The notes: generated by a model from the letters alone, not told the origin. A stretch of 53,920 nucleotides of DNA from Pelomyxa schiedti (GCA_020536535.1 JAHLWZ010000898.1:1-53920), one strand, 5' to 3'. Shown: positions 1-12,600, counted from the stretch's first letter. Made by a program: numbers and translations.

Positions 1-190
1 CTTCCAGGATTTTTTTCCTGAGGGTCTGCTCTATTTTCCGAGTTATTAAGGTCCCAAGTGAAGAAGAAAACATAATTTTGTGCCAAAGTTCCCTTAAAAG
101 GAATTTTGTCAGAAACTCGGCTCCTTCGCAGTCTCCGGCTGAAGTTCTGGAAAACAAAAAAATCTGACTCTCATCACCACCAGCGAAGTG

Positions 191-1319
191 ATGAACGGGT
201 GCATTGCGTTTGTTGTTGTAGTGGGGGTGTGGCTGGGCGCAAGAGGCACCCTGGCGTCTGTGAATTATGGGAACGGGTGTGGTACGTGTGAGCTTGAGGG
301 GTTCCAGGGCTACATGGCCAACACAGCACTGTATGGGCCACTAGACGAGCAACTGGTGGCGTCCAATGACGTTTATGCACAATATAGGTCTCAGGTACAT
401 TGGCCTCGTTTTTTGATGTTGCTATTTTGTTTAGATGTAGCTGACCTCTGTCTAACTCCAATGCTTTTCTTTGTTTTTTTAAAAAAAAAAATTAGTGTGT
501 GAGAATACCGTACCTGGATTTGCAAAAATTCTTTGCCGAGTGCAACAATTGGTGTCTTTGGGATGGCCTTTTTGGACCTGTGGAAACCAGTAAGCTCATT
601 GTATGAGTGCCCTCAATCTATCATTGCCGTTTTGATGATATACCAAAGCATAGGTAGGAGGATCCATCATTGGGCAATTCAATATTGTTCCTACTATAGA
701 CTGGCCGGCAGGAACGGCTTTACTTCCCCCCACAGTTGGATTAGTCAATGAGACTCAAACATATGCCGAGTATGGATGGACTTACAATGTTCGCCGCCTT
801 TATTTAATTGCGTGTACACCAGAACTAATCAGTTACCCAATTTAGTTCACTGATTCCACGGATAACACCATGTATGAATACGGTACTTTCTCACTTGGGT
901 GTACCATTCCTTCACCAAACTCACAGGAAGACATAACTATGCTATGGGTGCACTTACAGATACAGAGACTTGTTTTGTATCTTGGGAAAAGGCAGCAGGT
1001 CCATATGCAAGGAAGTATGGCGAAGAGATATCTTTTACTCTCGACTGTGCCACTGTAATAGGATACACTTAAAGCACGAATTGAATGGTAACCTGGCATT
1101 TGCAGATAAGTGCAATGGATGGGGTGCGTTGCCTTGAAGAAGTTTACAGTAAAGTTGGAACAATTACCTCCGATTACGTGGAAAAGTACTGCCACGTGTA
1201 CACTGGTTTTGGATGTGACAAACTGGCTTCTGGTACACATCCCTCTTACACTTCTGGAATAACTCAAGCAAACAGATGCCACTGACTGTTATGGAGGAAG
1301 ATTCCCCTTCCCAGTGTAG
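191..1319 (+). CDS. Secreted Cys-rich protein of unknown function (multi-exon)
   Basis: Signal-peptide-like start MNGCIAFVVVVGVWLGARGTLAS. Exons joinable over short GT-AG introns: ...YRTWICKNSLP..., GGSIIGQFNIVPTIDWP..., ...CHVYTGFGCDKLAS|DATDCYGGRFPFPV* (TAG 1317-1319). Exon 1/2 junction is uncertain. Confidence 0.6.
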
Positions 1320-1421
1320 CCTCCATTCTCAAAAAAAACCAAGGAAATGGGAAAAGATTACAAAAAAACGTAGTATTGAAATCTTGGATGGATTCTGTTG
1401 GCATGCAATTCGCAAAAAGGT

Positions 1422-3134
1422 TTATGAGTCCTGTGAGGGTTCGTGCTGTGAGGATGCCACAGAGGCAGCTTCTTTTCCTACTGATGCAGCTGTTAGAGCA
1501 GCAGGTTCTCTTGATGCTTCAGAAGGTACTCCTTCAGGAGTTCCTGTGGTTGTGGGTGTTTGTTCTGTTGTTGTTGCTTCACTGCCCTCAAGGCCGAGAA
1601 CTTGGCGGCAGTAGAGAAGGTAGTTGACAAATGAGTTGAAGGAAATGAAGCCGAGGTTCTCGTTGTCCATGCGGTCCCAGGCCTTATCATAGGTCTGGTT
1701 GGTGTAGCCATGGGTAAGCATGAATTCGTGAAGGGAGACAAATTCTTGTTTGTCAACTGTGCCGTTCCCGTCGGTATCAAAGGCCATGAACCTTTCAAAG
1801 GCCTTGTGGAGGAAATCCAGTTTATTCTCATCAAGCTGTAGTTTTGCAAACCTAGATTCCTGTCGCCACCTAGAGTATTTTTACTATTGGAAGATACAAG
1901 GTACAGTTTGTTTGGTTGTCCACCAACAAAACTACTACATACCACTTCTCAAATTCTGCAGGCTCAATTGTGCCGGAACCATCTGTATCTAATAACCTCA
2001 TTGCCATGCTAAGTTCATCATCAGTGAGGCGCTGACCCATTTCCATGCACATTTTTTGTAAGTCATTGATGGTGATGTGCCCTGAGTAATAATTAGCTTC
2101 AGGAAAAAGTATTTCTTTCTGCGGGGTATACCGTCGTTGTCTTCATCATACTTAGCAAAAACACGTTGACATAGAGTTGTTGTTTTCTGGTTCATAATAG
2201 CATCCGTCATTTTAACTGATTGAAAATGTCATGAACGTGTTGCAGTAATTGATTAGGATACCGTTGATATTTGCTTTCAGAGCAATGAGTCCAGCTCCTC
2301 TCTTTGGTGCATCGGGGGCCGGTGTCCCTAAGAATAGTAAGATTACTTTCGAAATGCGATTCATGTTTCTTACCTGTAGTTGCAACTGGGTGAACAGGGG
2401 ATGCAGAGGCTTTCCCAGTCGCTGGGGATGCTGAGGAATGTGGAGTTGGCTGTGATGAGGGCGTTGCCTTGGTTGTTGTACTTGCTGTTACTGGCCTATG
2501 TGTAGAAGAAGGAGATGACGATGCTGAGGGTGTTGTGGTGCTAGAAACCGGCTTGGCTGTAGTAGCCGTTACCGGTTTGGTTGTGGCAGACTGTGACGCG
2601 GAGGAATTGGTTGCAGAATTGGAGACAGAACCACTAACAGATAGGGGCTTATTACCAGGAGTATGTTGAGGAGAAGAAGCCGTGGTAGTAGTAGGACGGG
2701 AGGTAAATGAAGTAGCCCGTGCCGGGGGCTTCGTTCCCACAGACGAAGGTGAAGAAGAAGAAGACGATGATGATAATGATGATGAAGGAGAAGAAGAAGC
2801 CGGAGAAGGAGAAACAGGGGGAGTGGTGACCTTTGGGGGCACAGAGGAGCCAGTGGCCTGCTTGAAGTGGGGGTTGCAGAAGACGTGGCCATCGTGCACC
2901 CCGCACATCTCCGGCAGGAGTGATTTGGAACACTGGGTGTGTGGAAGAGATTAGGGGATGGTTTTTTTTTTTTGCTTAGTTAGTGGGATAGATGAGGAGG
3001 CATTGGGGGCTGCGCACAGTGGAACACTTGAAGCAGGCTTTGTGGAAAGTATTATCCTTGGCGGTTATGAGCTGGTCTAGGTACACCGGCTTGGTGCAGA
3101 CGAGACACTTCGGGCTCCCTCCGAGTTTCTTCAT
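1422..3134 (-). CDS. LIM domain + S/T/P-rich linker + four EF-hand calcium-binding protein
   Basis: Spliced N-terminus MKKLGGSPKCLVCTKPVYLDQLITAKDNTFHKACFKCST|CSKSLLPEMCGVHDGHVFCNPHFKQ fits the LIM consensus. EF loops DEDNDG|HITIND, DTDGSGTIEPAE, DTDGNGTVDKQE and DNENLGFISFNS. Confidence 0.88.
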
Positions 3135-3332
3135 GGCCTCTCACAACCAACCGTTCGTTTTGGATTTTAGTTTTCCCTTAGAAAGCAATCAAAGGTTCGC
3201 CCTGTGCCCCTAACTCCTTTCCATTCAACGCTGGGGCCCCTTTAGAGGCTGTTTTATGCACGTGAGTACTTCGTGGTAGTGGTCTCCGCCACCGTTCAAC
3301 TCCACAACCAATTTCGTTTTTTCTCCAAAAGA

Positions 3333-5727
3333 ATGCATTCCAACAGCAGCACGTACCCTTCAACGCCGGCGATGCGCACAAAACCGACGACCACCACTAC
3401 CACAACGACAACGTCATCTGGCTGTAGAGCACCAAACACCCCCTTATCGAAGTCATGTCCGAGCAGCGACCCTGCGTCCCGACACCGCCCTCCGACGCAA
3501 GAAGTAACGCCACCCGCGTCGGTGGCAGACTCCTCCTTGCACTATGGGGATGTGACCCAGCCCCTCCATCGTGGCGCGGAGGACCAAACCGCCCCTCAGC
3601 GCCGTTGCCACTACCACCATCACCAGACCCACGGCAACGGCAACAGCACCAGCGACAGCAACGAGCACCTCGCCCGCGACCAAGAGCAGCAGCCATCGGC
3701 GGACGGCCCTCCTCCGTCCCACAGGACCCTCGCGTCCTCTGCCCCCCCAGATACGACGGCAGCAGCCCCCGCGGCTTCGGTGTCCCCGACACCTCCCGCT
3801 CCCACGCCCTCTCCCGCTCCCACTCCCACTGCCGCCGCTACGACTCCCGCTGCGCCTCCCACGCCTGCCACGACGCTGGTGCAGGCCCTTGCGTCGGCTG
3901 GGGTGGAGGACAGCGAGGGAGTGGCGTCGCGGGCGCTGGCGGGAGCGCTCGACGCGACTGAGCGGGCGCAGAGGCCGTGGCCCCCCGGCGTGGGCGACGA
4001 CGAGGCCGCCGCCGTCGCGCTGGTGTGCGGCCGCGTGTCCGAGGCCAAGGCAATCAACCGCGCCCTCATCGACAAGGACGAGGCGGCCGTCGCCAAGTGG
4101 GCCGGCGTCCTGGCGCTGGTTTCGTCGGCGCTGGGAAAGCTGCCGCGCGTGTTCACGAGGAGCTGTACGGATTCCGCGAACCCGAGCCAATGGTTTCGTT
4201 CCCAACGTTGGTGTTTGTTTGCTTTTGTAATGGGGGTTTCCACTCTTTTGTGCTTATTCTAATGAGTGTAAATCAGGCGGAGTGATTGCATTTTCCGGGC
4301 TTCCAGTTCAAGGCCCAATTCGCCACCGTCTGTGAAAACTGCCCAAAATTGGAGGTTTTTTGCCTGTGGGACTGAAACTCTAAATACCACAGCCAAGCAC
4401 TTTGGTGAGCCAATGCAGGGTACACTCTTTTTGTTGCACAATACATGGGGATATGATGTTTCCACATTTGCTCGTCCGGGCTCAGGTATATAGCCCTCCT
4501 TATGTCCCCAAGCAAACAAAAAGGAAATACAAAGACGTTCTTATTGCACCAACTGTAACATTTGATGTGACTGGTGTACTGGATGGGCCTCTTCTCATTA
4601 TATCAATGAGGTTACGGCAAATAGAACCCATCACTGCGTTGTTGCACGATATAAGAAGCAAACGGACTGCCATCATCAAGTAACAAATTGAGCTTTTTCC
4701 TATTGACTCACTCTTGCAAAAGAGCACCACCACAGCGAGTTGAAGTAAGAAAAAGCCCATACACCTTTGAATTTTTGTACCACAAAACACTGCAGGTAAC
4801 TAATATTTAAGTCACACTCTTCCATTTACCCAACAGTGAGGATGGAAGCGCAACTCTTCCTAATCAAAAAAGAATCAAAATTTGGCATGTAAAAAATTCT
4901 GGTCAGCTTCCGTGGCCCTCAGGTTTACCTTCTTTTTGCCCTTGTCTGCTTACGTTTCACATGACTCTTCCCAATTAAGGATGCAAACTGAAATATTATC
5001 AAGGACAACAACCTGGCATCCCCTCAGAATTAGCTGTCCCTTGTGCATTACCTAGTGGGTATCACTAGTGTTGTAGTTATATTTACCGAAAACCTCAGAC
5101 AATGAAGTTGAGATAGCAGCAACTCTGATCACGCCAAACAACTGTGGCCGCTACAGCACCCAGTGGATACTCGTGGATGACAACGACCTACCCATAGGAC
5201 ACCTCGAAGCCAGCTACACCGTATCAGAAACGGCCAAAGTGGTCAACCCCGTCATCCCACCATCCGTCATCTCCAAGCTGGAACTTCCGCAGCAAAGCCA
5301 GGTGCGCGCCAGGTCTCTATCCATAGATAGAAACAACCTGGCCTTGCCACTGCCCCAATCCACAGGAGGTGCAACACGCGGCCGGTCACTGTCTTTTTCT
5401 TCTCAGGATTCCCCTCCCGGCCCCATTCCCTCCTCTTCGCCACAGCCGCTGTTTAATTCTAATCCCCCACCACACCCACAATCTCTCCCTCCTCCTACCG
5501 CGGCGGCCCCTTCACCGGCCGTCACGAGGCATACAAACCCATCACCCGCCACGCAAGTCCACCCCCCAGAACCACTGTCAGCATCACAAGTAGGTAATCG
5601 TCATTCCAGTGAGAGTTCAGGTGCGACTTCCACAAGGCCACCACCACTTGAGCATAAATTGCATTCATCAACACCATCGCCTCCTAAACCTCTCACTGGT
5701 TCTCGCCCACACCCCCATAGACATTGA
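3333..5727 (+). CDS. Low-complexity N-terminus + ADP-ribosyltransferase(ART)-like domain + NBR1 FW (N_BRCA1_IG) Ig-like domain + Pro/Ser-rich tail
   Basis: Spliced ART-like segment: INRAL...LVSSALGKLP...CIFRAS...WRFFACGT...GTLFLLHNTWGYDVSTFARPGS|DVLIAPTVTFDVTGV. FW segment: DGSATLPNQKRIKIWHVKNSGQLPWPS|GCKLKYYQG...VPCALP|NNEVEIAATLITPNNCGRYSTQWILVD. Confidence 0.72.
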
Positions 5728-5938
5728 CCACATTTGTTAAAGCCCTGTGATCCTTTCATCTTGCACCGCAAGAATCCTGCTCCCCGTTTGAGCATCGCCG
5801 GAGATTCCATTTCGATAGCTTTTATGGGAAACGCGGCGAAAAGGAGGTGAAGGCCTCTGCTTACGAGTCGTTTCGGGAATCACCAATAAAGTTAGTGCCC
5901 ACAATACTCATTGTGCACTGCAGTCGTGCGTAGTAGCG

Positions 5939-6760
5939 ATGCGGGGTGTAGTATCGCGAGTGGTGTTGCTGTGCGTGGCGGTGGCGGCGTTTGTGGGGTG
6001 CCTCGTGGTCCTCGCGGCGGTGCGCGGCGACCCGTCGGCCGCGTGGGCCCGCGGAGATCGCCTGCGGGTCGCCGGCGACGCGCAGGCAGCAGTCGGGGCG
6101 GCGGGGGCGGCTGTGACTGCAGTGTTGGTCCCGCTCTTTGGGAACAACTACGGCCCGCAGTGCGGAAAAGTGAAGCTAAGTGGTTCCCTGCCTTTGTCGT
6201 TCGAAGGTAGTGGCTGTTACTAGTAACTACTAATGCTACTGTTACTATTATTGCTGCTGGTAGTACTTCTACTACTACCACACACGCGCGCACATCTCGC
6301 TCTTGTCCGCATCCCAAACGGGAACAAAGGGGAACAAAACGGAAAGAAAATGCTTGACCTGTGCACTAACGCCAAATTCTACAAACTCGGACAGCGGATG
6401 ACAACTCTGAGACGTTCAAGATGAGAGTGGACAAGGATGATCTCCTCACGTTCGTTGCGTACTCTCCCACTGCGTCGATAACGGTACTGGACGTAAACTG
6501 TCAGAATGTACTAGCAAAGAGCACGGTTCATTCCAGTGGCATGTTTGTCTCGCTTCCGTTTAAGGCAAACATGTTCACCGACTATGTGCTCTCCATTTCA
6601 GGCGGCTTCGTGGCAGCTGTAACAATAAGTGTGTACGCTCTGCATTGGCTTATTTTCCTACTTCTCTTTTTTGTAAAAGCAAAGATGAACACCATTCTAA
6701 TCAACAATACACCACAGTCTCCTCCGAACATGCCAACCTTATCTAAGTACTTGTATATGT
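5939..6760 (+). CDS. Hypothetical signal-anchored/secreted protein
   Basis: Hydrophobic N-terminus MRGVVSRVVLLCVAVAAFVGCLVVLAAV. GC-rich exon 1, then a beta-rich exon (MRVDKDDLLTFVAYSPTASITVLDVNCQ...DYVLSISGG). The 3' end is uncertain. Confidence 0.5.
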
Positions 6761-6823
6761 AAAAGAAACCAACATTTCGGTTTTAAAGTTGTTTTTACTT
6801 TGTTTGCCCACGAAAGACTACCT

Positions 6824-7869
6824 ATGATGGGTAACGGATTATTGGACAAATGGCGGGGGTTGTTGCAGTGTGTGGCTCGTCGTGTTGTCTTCCTTGTTCC
6901 CTCGCATTGGTGAGTCGGTTTTCATCCCGTAATTGTGTGTAAAAGAACCTTTATTACTGTTTAATAGCTAAACATACGGCGTCAAACAACCATTAAAACA
7001 TACACTCAATCGATGACTTGGGAGAATGTGATACAAATAGGCTTATACTGTGCTTGGTGAAGGTTGCCCACTTGGTTCCATCATATTTCATTAGATGGTT
7101 CGGGCTACATTATCACGGAAAAGTACTCACTGAAAGCCAAGCCAAGGTTCTTCGTTGTTACAATGTACAACACTAAATTACAGAGGTTGAGAATTAGGCA
7201 CTTGCAATGTGTGACAAGCACATACACACACATAACCTGCCTGAGAGAGTTATACCTTATCCATTTGCCAGGAAGTTTGCACTCTACGGTCCTCCAGATA
7301 TTGCCGTTGTTCAGTGTGCCTGCAGGTTATCAAAGAGCAACCGTTGTCATCCAACAGAGGTTGTAAAGTACTCATAAAAACAAAAAAAAAATAAAAAAAA
7401 CAAAAAGGTTTGCCTGATTTTTGGGGAGCTGCTTATTCGCGGCTATGAAGCTCACCTTGGAGCCAAAAATGTAAGGCGCATATGCACGCAAGAAGCAGTT
7501 GCCATTATCGAATCAGAGCACAAAAAGGGGCACGTGCACTCCGCCTGGTTCAAGGACATTATGGGAGATGGGTTCTTTGCCTTGTGCAACTGCTGCAAAT
7601 GCTGCTGTGCCGGAATCGAGTCAATGGCATGCGGAGGCCAGACCATGGCATCCTCAGGGTTCGTTGCACAACGCACGGCATCCGAGAATTGCATTCTGTG
7701 TGGGAAGTGTGCTTCAATTTGTCCATTCCATGCCATTCAATTACATAGCTCTGGCCATGTGATTGACAGAAACAAGTGCCTTGGCTGTGGTGCATGTGTG
7801 TCACAGTGCCCCACAAAATGCATGAAATTGGCGAGGGACAAAACAAAAGGAGACCCCCTCTCCTTCTAG
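6824..7869 (+). CDS. Prokaryote-type 4Fe-4S dicluster (ferredoxin-domain) protein with CNCCxCCC motif
   Basis: Exons give HYHGKVL, VVQCACRLSKSNRCHP, CLIFG, GHVHSAWF, ALCNCCKCCCAG and two CxxCxxCxxxCP motifs (CILCGKCASICP, CLGCGACVSQCP). Several short introns. Confidence 0.85.
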
Positions 7870-8008
7870 TGTTATTCTTTTTCTTGTTTGGAAAAAAAAA
7901 GTTGTTATTGTTTATGGATTGGCATCCTTATTTCAGTCGACACAAAGGTACGTGATGGAGTGTGGTGTTGTGGAAAGGAAAAAGTCTACTTCTCCCACTC
8001 GACGAACT

Positions 8009-9124
8009 TTAATCGCCGCTCAGGTATAGTTTGGTCTTGAGGTGATTTGCCATAGTCACTGATACATCCAAACCAGCTTGTGCAGCTCGTGTGTAGAGTG
8101 ACAGAGCCTTCATTTCGTCCTTTGGTAAGTTCCACATACCCTCCATGTGGTAGGAGGCCAGATGATACATGGACTGTGCATCCCCTCTATCGGCAGCTTT
8201 TTGTTCATAAGCGATAGCTTTTTCCATGTCACACTCTACTCCGTCGCCAAAGTAGTAGGACTTGCCCAGCATAACCATGGCGTCAACACTGCCGGCTTCC
8301 GCAGCATCATGATACAGCGAAATGGCTTTTTCCTTGTCCACTGGGATGCAATCACCAACATCATACAGCTCCCCAAGATTGAACTTCGAGAGAGTACTTC
8401 CTCCATCCACAGCAGCTTGGAACAACAGAAACGCAATGAAAGGGTTCTTCTCAACACCAAGGCCATACTGGTGACAAACTCCAAGGTTGGTTGTTGCTTC
8501 AAGTTTCCCGGCATCAGAAGCCTTTTGAAAGAGCGGAACTGCTTTGGTTGCATCTGAAGCAACACCCAATCCTTTGAGGAAGCATATTGCGAGATTGTGA
8601 GTTGCACCAATGTGTCCAAGTGAAGCAGCCTTCTTGAAGCACTGGAATGCGGATTCCGGATCCGCTCTCACGCCAAGCCCGTCCTGATAACATTCACCAA
8701 CAGCGTTCAGAGAATTCGCGTCGCCAGTATCAGCAGCCATCTTGAAATAACGGAAGGCACTCTCCAGATCAGGACCTGAGAGACCGTAACCCTCTCTGAA
8801 GCACATCCCGAGCTTTTTCATTGTAGATGTGTCACCAGCTTCAGCCTTGACAATGAGTGCCGATAACGCAGCTTTGTCTTCGTGTCCCTTGCTCAGCGTT
8901 GAGTGAGGCAGAATCATTTGAGGTGGCATCGCTGCTGGCGTGCGAGGAATGATATGTGAAAGTGCGTAAAGATAGTCTGTCTCGTCGTGCATAAAAGTTT
9001 TCCGGAGTATCTGCTTTATTGGTAGACCGCCAAACACAGGGCGATTCTTCGCTGACACGTCAGATCTGGCGCCGGCGTGACTTTGGTCGTTGCGAGGTTT
9101 CTCACTTGCCGTGCTGCGTTTCAT
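8009..9124 (-). CDS. Sel1-like repeat (SLR) protein
   Basis: Single 371-aa ORF with about 7 repeats of A...G...A..NLG.CY..G.GV..D...A...F.KAA..G. Confidence 0.92.
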   Translation of the reverse strand: MKRSTASEKPRNDQSHAGARSDVSAKNRPVFGGLPIKQILRKTFMHDETDYLYALSHIIPRTPAAMPPQMILPHSTLSKGHEDKAALSALIVKAEAGDTSTMKKLGMCFREGYGLSGPDLESAFRYFKMAADTGDANSLNAVGECYQDGLGVRADPESAFQCFKKAASLGHIGATHNLAICFLKGLGVASDATKAVPLFQKASDAGKLEATTNLGVCHQYGLGVEKNPFIAFLLFQAAVDGGSTLSKFNLGELYDVGDCIPVDKEKAISLYHDAAEAGSVDAMVMLGKSYYFGDGVECDMEKAIAYEQKAADRGDAQSMYHLASYHMEGMWNLPKDEMKALSLYTRAAQAGLDVSVTMANHLKTKLYLSGD

Positions 9125-9666
9125 CGCGTCCTGAAGTCTATTGGTAGTCTTTGTTTATTGGCTCGGATCTGCTGTTATTGAGTACGCATTTACGGGAGAG
9201 GGTACGTGCGTACGTTGCTCCCTTGCTGCCGTGCGAATTTTTTTCAAAATGATTTCATCTCAACGTATGCTAGCTGAGCCAACTTAAACGATGTTATGTT
9301 TGTACCCTGGGCCAGACCTACCAGGCTCCCATGTGACACTAGTTCCCGGACCGACTAGGCCATGACCAAACGACAACAATAAATCTCCCACCTACGGCCA
9401 ACGACACCCGTTGCCTGCCCCTGATCTACAAACAAAAAAAACCTGTCTCCCGAGAAAACTCCTCAGAAATGAACACGGCAACAGAATCCCTTGAACCGGG
9501 TTGAATCACCACATGAACGGCTTGTTGCCTCGCTAGCTGGAACAGAGCTTTTTCTCAAAGTCCTTGTGACTTGTTGAAACGACTGGCAAAAACTTGCAGG
9601 AACTTGAGTCAGGCGACCAACGGAAATGGAATTTCCCTCGAAGCAACACAACGAAACGTCATCCCA

Positions 9667-12600
9667 ATGAGCAACGACCAGCCCAACTTGGCAGCTCCCC
9701 CTCTTGGTCCCGGGACCCCAGCCCTTTCCCCGGCCGTCCTTGCCCCCACCACAGGCGGCCCCCCGGCACACGGTGAGGAGCACGGGCGTGTCTCCGCCCA
9801 AGCAGACCCGTCCCCCAGCGCAGCAAAAGAGAGCGGAAGAAGCAGCGCGGGGTGGACTGGCGCATGCGGGTGCGTGTTCTGCAAGGAGAGGGAGAGGGAG
9901 AGGCTGGGCGCGGGGGCGGGGGCGGAGGCGGGGGAGGAGCTGACGGCTAATCCCATGAGGGTGCTGTTTTCCACTTCCAGGCTAAATGAGAGTAGTTTGG
10001 CAGATTGCCTTGGTTCTGTCAAGCAATTGCTAGCAAAGTTTGTTGCTTGGGTTCTTTCTTGATGCTTTTCTTACTTTTTTTTTTCTTTTTATTCTTTCCC
10101 GTATGCAGAGGTTACGAGAAGCTCCCACCCCTGCATGTTGTTCAGCTCAATAACGACCTTGTGACAATGGATAACCACTTGCTGTATGCAGTCCAATTTT
10201 TTTTTTTGCTCCCAATTATTTTGATTTACGCTCTCTAGGTACTGCTATAAAAAACTGTTCATCACAAGTGTTCCCATCGTCCTCCTCCCACCAAATGAGC
10301 GATTCATTAGCAAGGTGATGGGTGAGAAATCATTCCCCACACCCAAAGCTACGGAAACCATGGTGGAAACTGTTCGAACAACTTTGCCCACATTTACAGA
10401 GTGGTTTCTTACCCTTGTTACAAGGAATAGGTTTGCAGTATTAGATCCTTCACCACTGTAATATTTTTTTAAGAACTGCACCCATTTCAGAAATCCCGCA
10501 CTGCTTTCATAGTGCCGATCAGTATGTTTCTTCTCTGCTGGATGCCTTTGAAGTGGATTTCCTAGAAAACATACTCGTACCTATCCTTCAGTTTTCTCTT
10601 ATTTTTTTACCCTTGTGTAGATCAGTAAGAGTAAGGAAGCACTCTCCTTGCTTACTTTTGACCAAAAGAACTTGAAAGAATTGAGGGGTGACTATGAAAC
10701 AGTTCCCTGCCGCCAGATAGAAATCACTTCTGTAGAATCCAGCATGAGTCCAGGACTAAAATACTGTGACTTTGTGCTCTTTCAGCAGAATAAGTCTACT
10801 GTGAGCTGTGGTCTTGTAGTTGAATGCTACTCGGATAAACTGGATGACTCCCTGGATGAGGAGGAACAAACTCTCCATATACTTCGTTTAGTTGTCTTTC
10901 ACTGCCCATTATTGGGCAATCTTCAAGAATACCATTGCCTTCCCCCTTATCAATCACCCGACGTAAACATTGCAATTATTGCCAATATCATTGATTACCA
11001 AAGGTTATATGATGGGCTTAAGGAATTCAAAACTTGTAATTCAGAGCTGGTGGACCACATTTTGCACCCTCATATTCACGATATACTCTCTGGATGTTCT
11101 GATGTATGGGAACCTCGCCACGAGATGGGCAAGTTCAACAAGTTACAGAGGCAAGCAATCATGTACGCTATAGAAGAACCAGGAATAACCATTATCCAAG
11201 GTTTATATCCACCAGATTTTGTAAACCTTACTTTTCAAGGACCCCCTGGAACTGGTAAAACTAGTGTAGTTGTTGGCTTGGTTCTGGAACTCTTACTTCG
11301 AGAAAAGCGCGTTCTCATTTGCTCAACCTCAAATCCATCATTGAGTGAAATTATCACAAGAATCAAAGCGCAAGGAATTCGAGATCGTATGCTATTAATT
11401 CGGGGAGCTGAGAACCGTGATCCTTTGCATGATGATATAGCCTTCGATTTTCTAATGGACAGCCACTTATCATTGCACATCCTCAGCAATGAAATTCGGA
11501 AAGGTAAAAGTCATAAATGTGTACTTCCTCTCAGCCATTCCAGAAGAACCAAACATGCTCAAAGTCAATACTTTAAAAAAAGAACTAAAGCAAAAGATTA
11601 ACCGGTTGAATCCTGATCTTAGAGCCATTATGGGAGCAAGACTTGAGTTCATTAACTCCATACAGCTGAATTTGCCCGAGCGCCCTGCACTTCCAATGGA
11701 TACAGATTATGCTCCATTACCTCACTACACGAGTGGGGCACGACTTGTTTTTGCAACCACAAGCATGGTTGCATCTGGTGTTATGCATTCGGTTATGCAA
11801 AATGCACCTTCATTTGACATTGTAATTGTGGATGAAGCAGGCCACTGCACTGAGCAAGCCATTTTGTTACCACTAAAATATGCAACCAAACTAGTTTTAA
11901 TCGGAGACCCTCTGCAGTTGCCCCCACTTGTTGTAAGCCATGAAGCAAAGTAATCTCGTTCCTGTGATTTCTTCCCCTTTGTAATATCCCTGCAGGAGGG
12001 CTGCCTTCAACAGGTCAATGATGGAACGGTTAATTCAATCTGGCCACCATAACATACTCCTCAAAAAACAGTACAGAATGCATCCCTTGATCTGTGAATT
12101 CCCTTCCAGGTTGAACTATCTGTGTGTTTATTGACATAACATTGCCATAAGATTTTTTTATTCCAACTGCCTACAAAATGCTAAGTCTGTCAAATCCGAA
12201 ACTAAACCGTGGCATGCAGAACCTTTTTTCAAACCACTGGCTTTCTTTCAATTTCAAGGAAGGGAGTTGCTTGACCCATCAGGGTCCATAACCAATCCAA
12301 AGGAAGCCGAGATTGTGAACTTCTTACTTGGATCTTGGATGAAGAGATACCCCACAGCAACAAATCTTGGAGTAATCACACCCTACAAAAAGCAAGCAGA
12401 ACTGTTGGAAGGGAAGCTCGGATACAGATGTGAGGTTTCTTCTGTGGATGCCTTTCAAGGTAGAGAAAAGGATGTTATCATTGTGAGCACTGTTCGCAGT
12501 AATACATCCCAAATACTTGGATTTGTTGGTGAGAACCACAGGTTAAATGTCCTTCTTACCAGAGCAAAGTACAGCCTCTGGATTGTAGGCAACTCGTGCA

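Noticed and set aside
3397-4285. Many overlapping long ORFs in all frames
   Set aside because: By-product of a very GC-rich exon; only the + frame of the ART-FW gene is supported.
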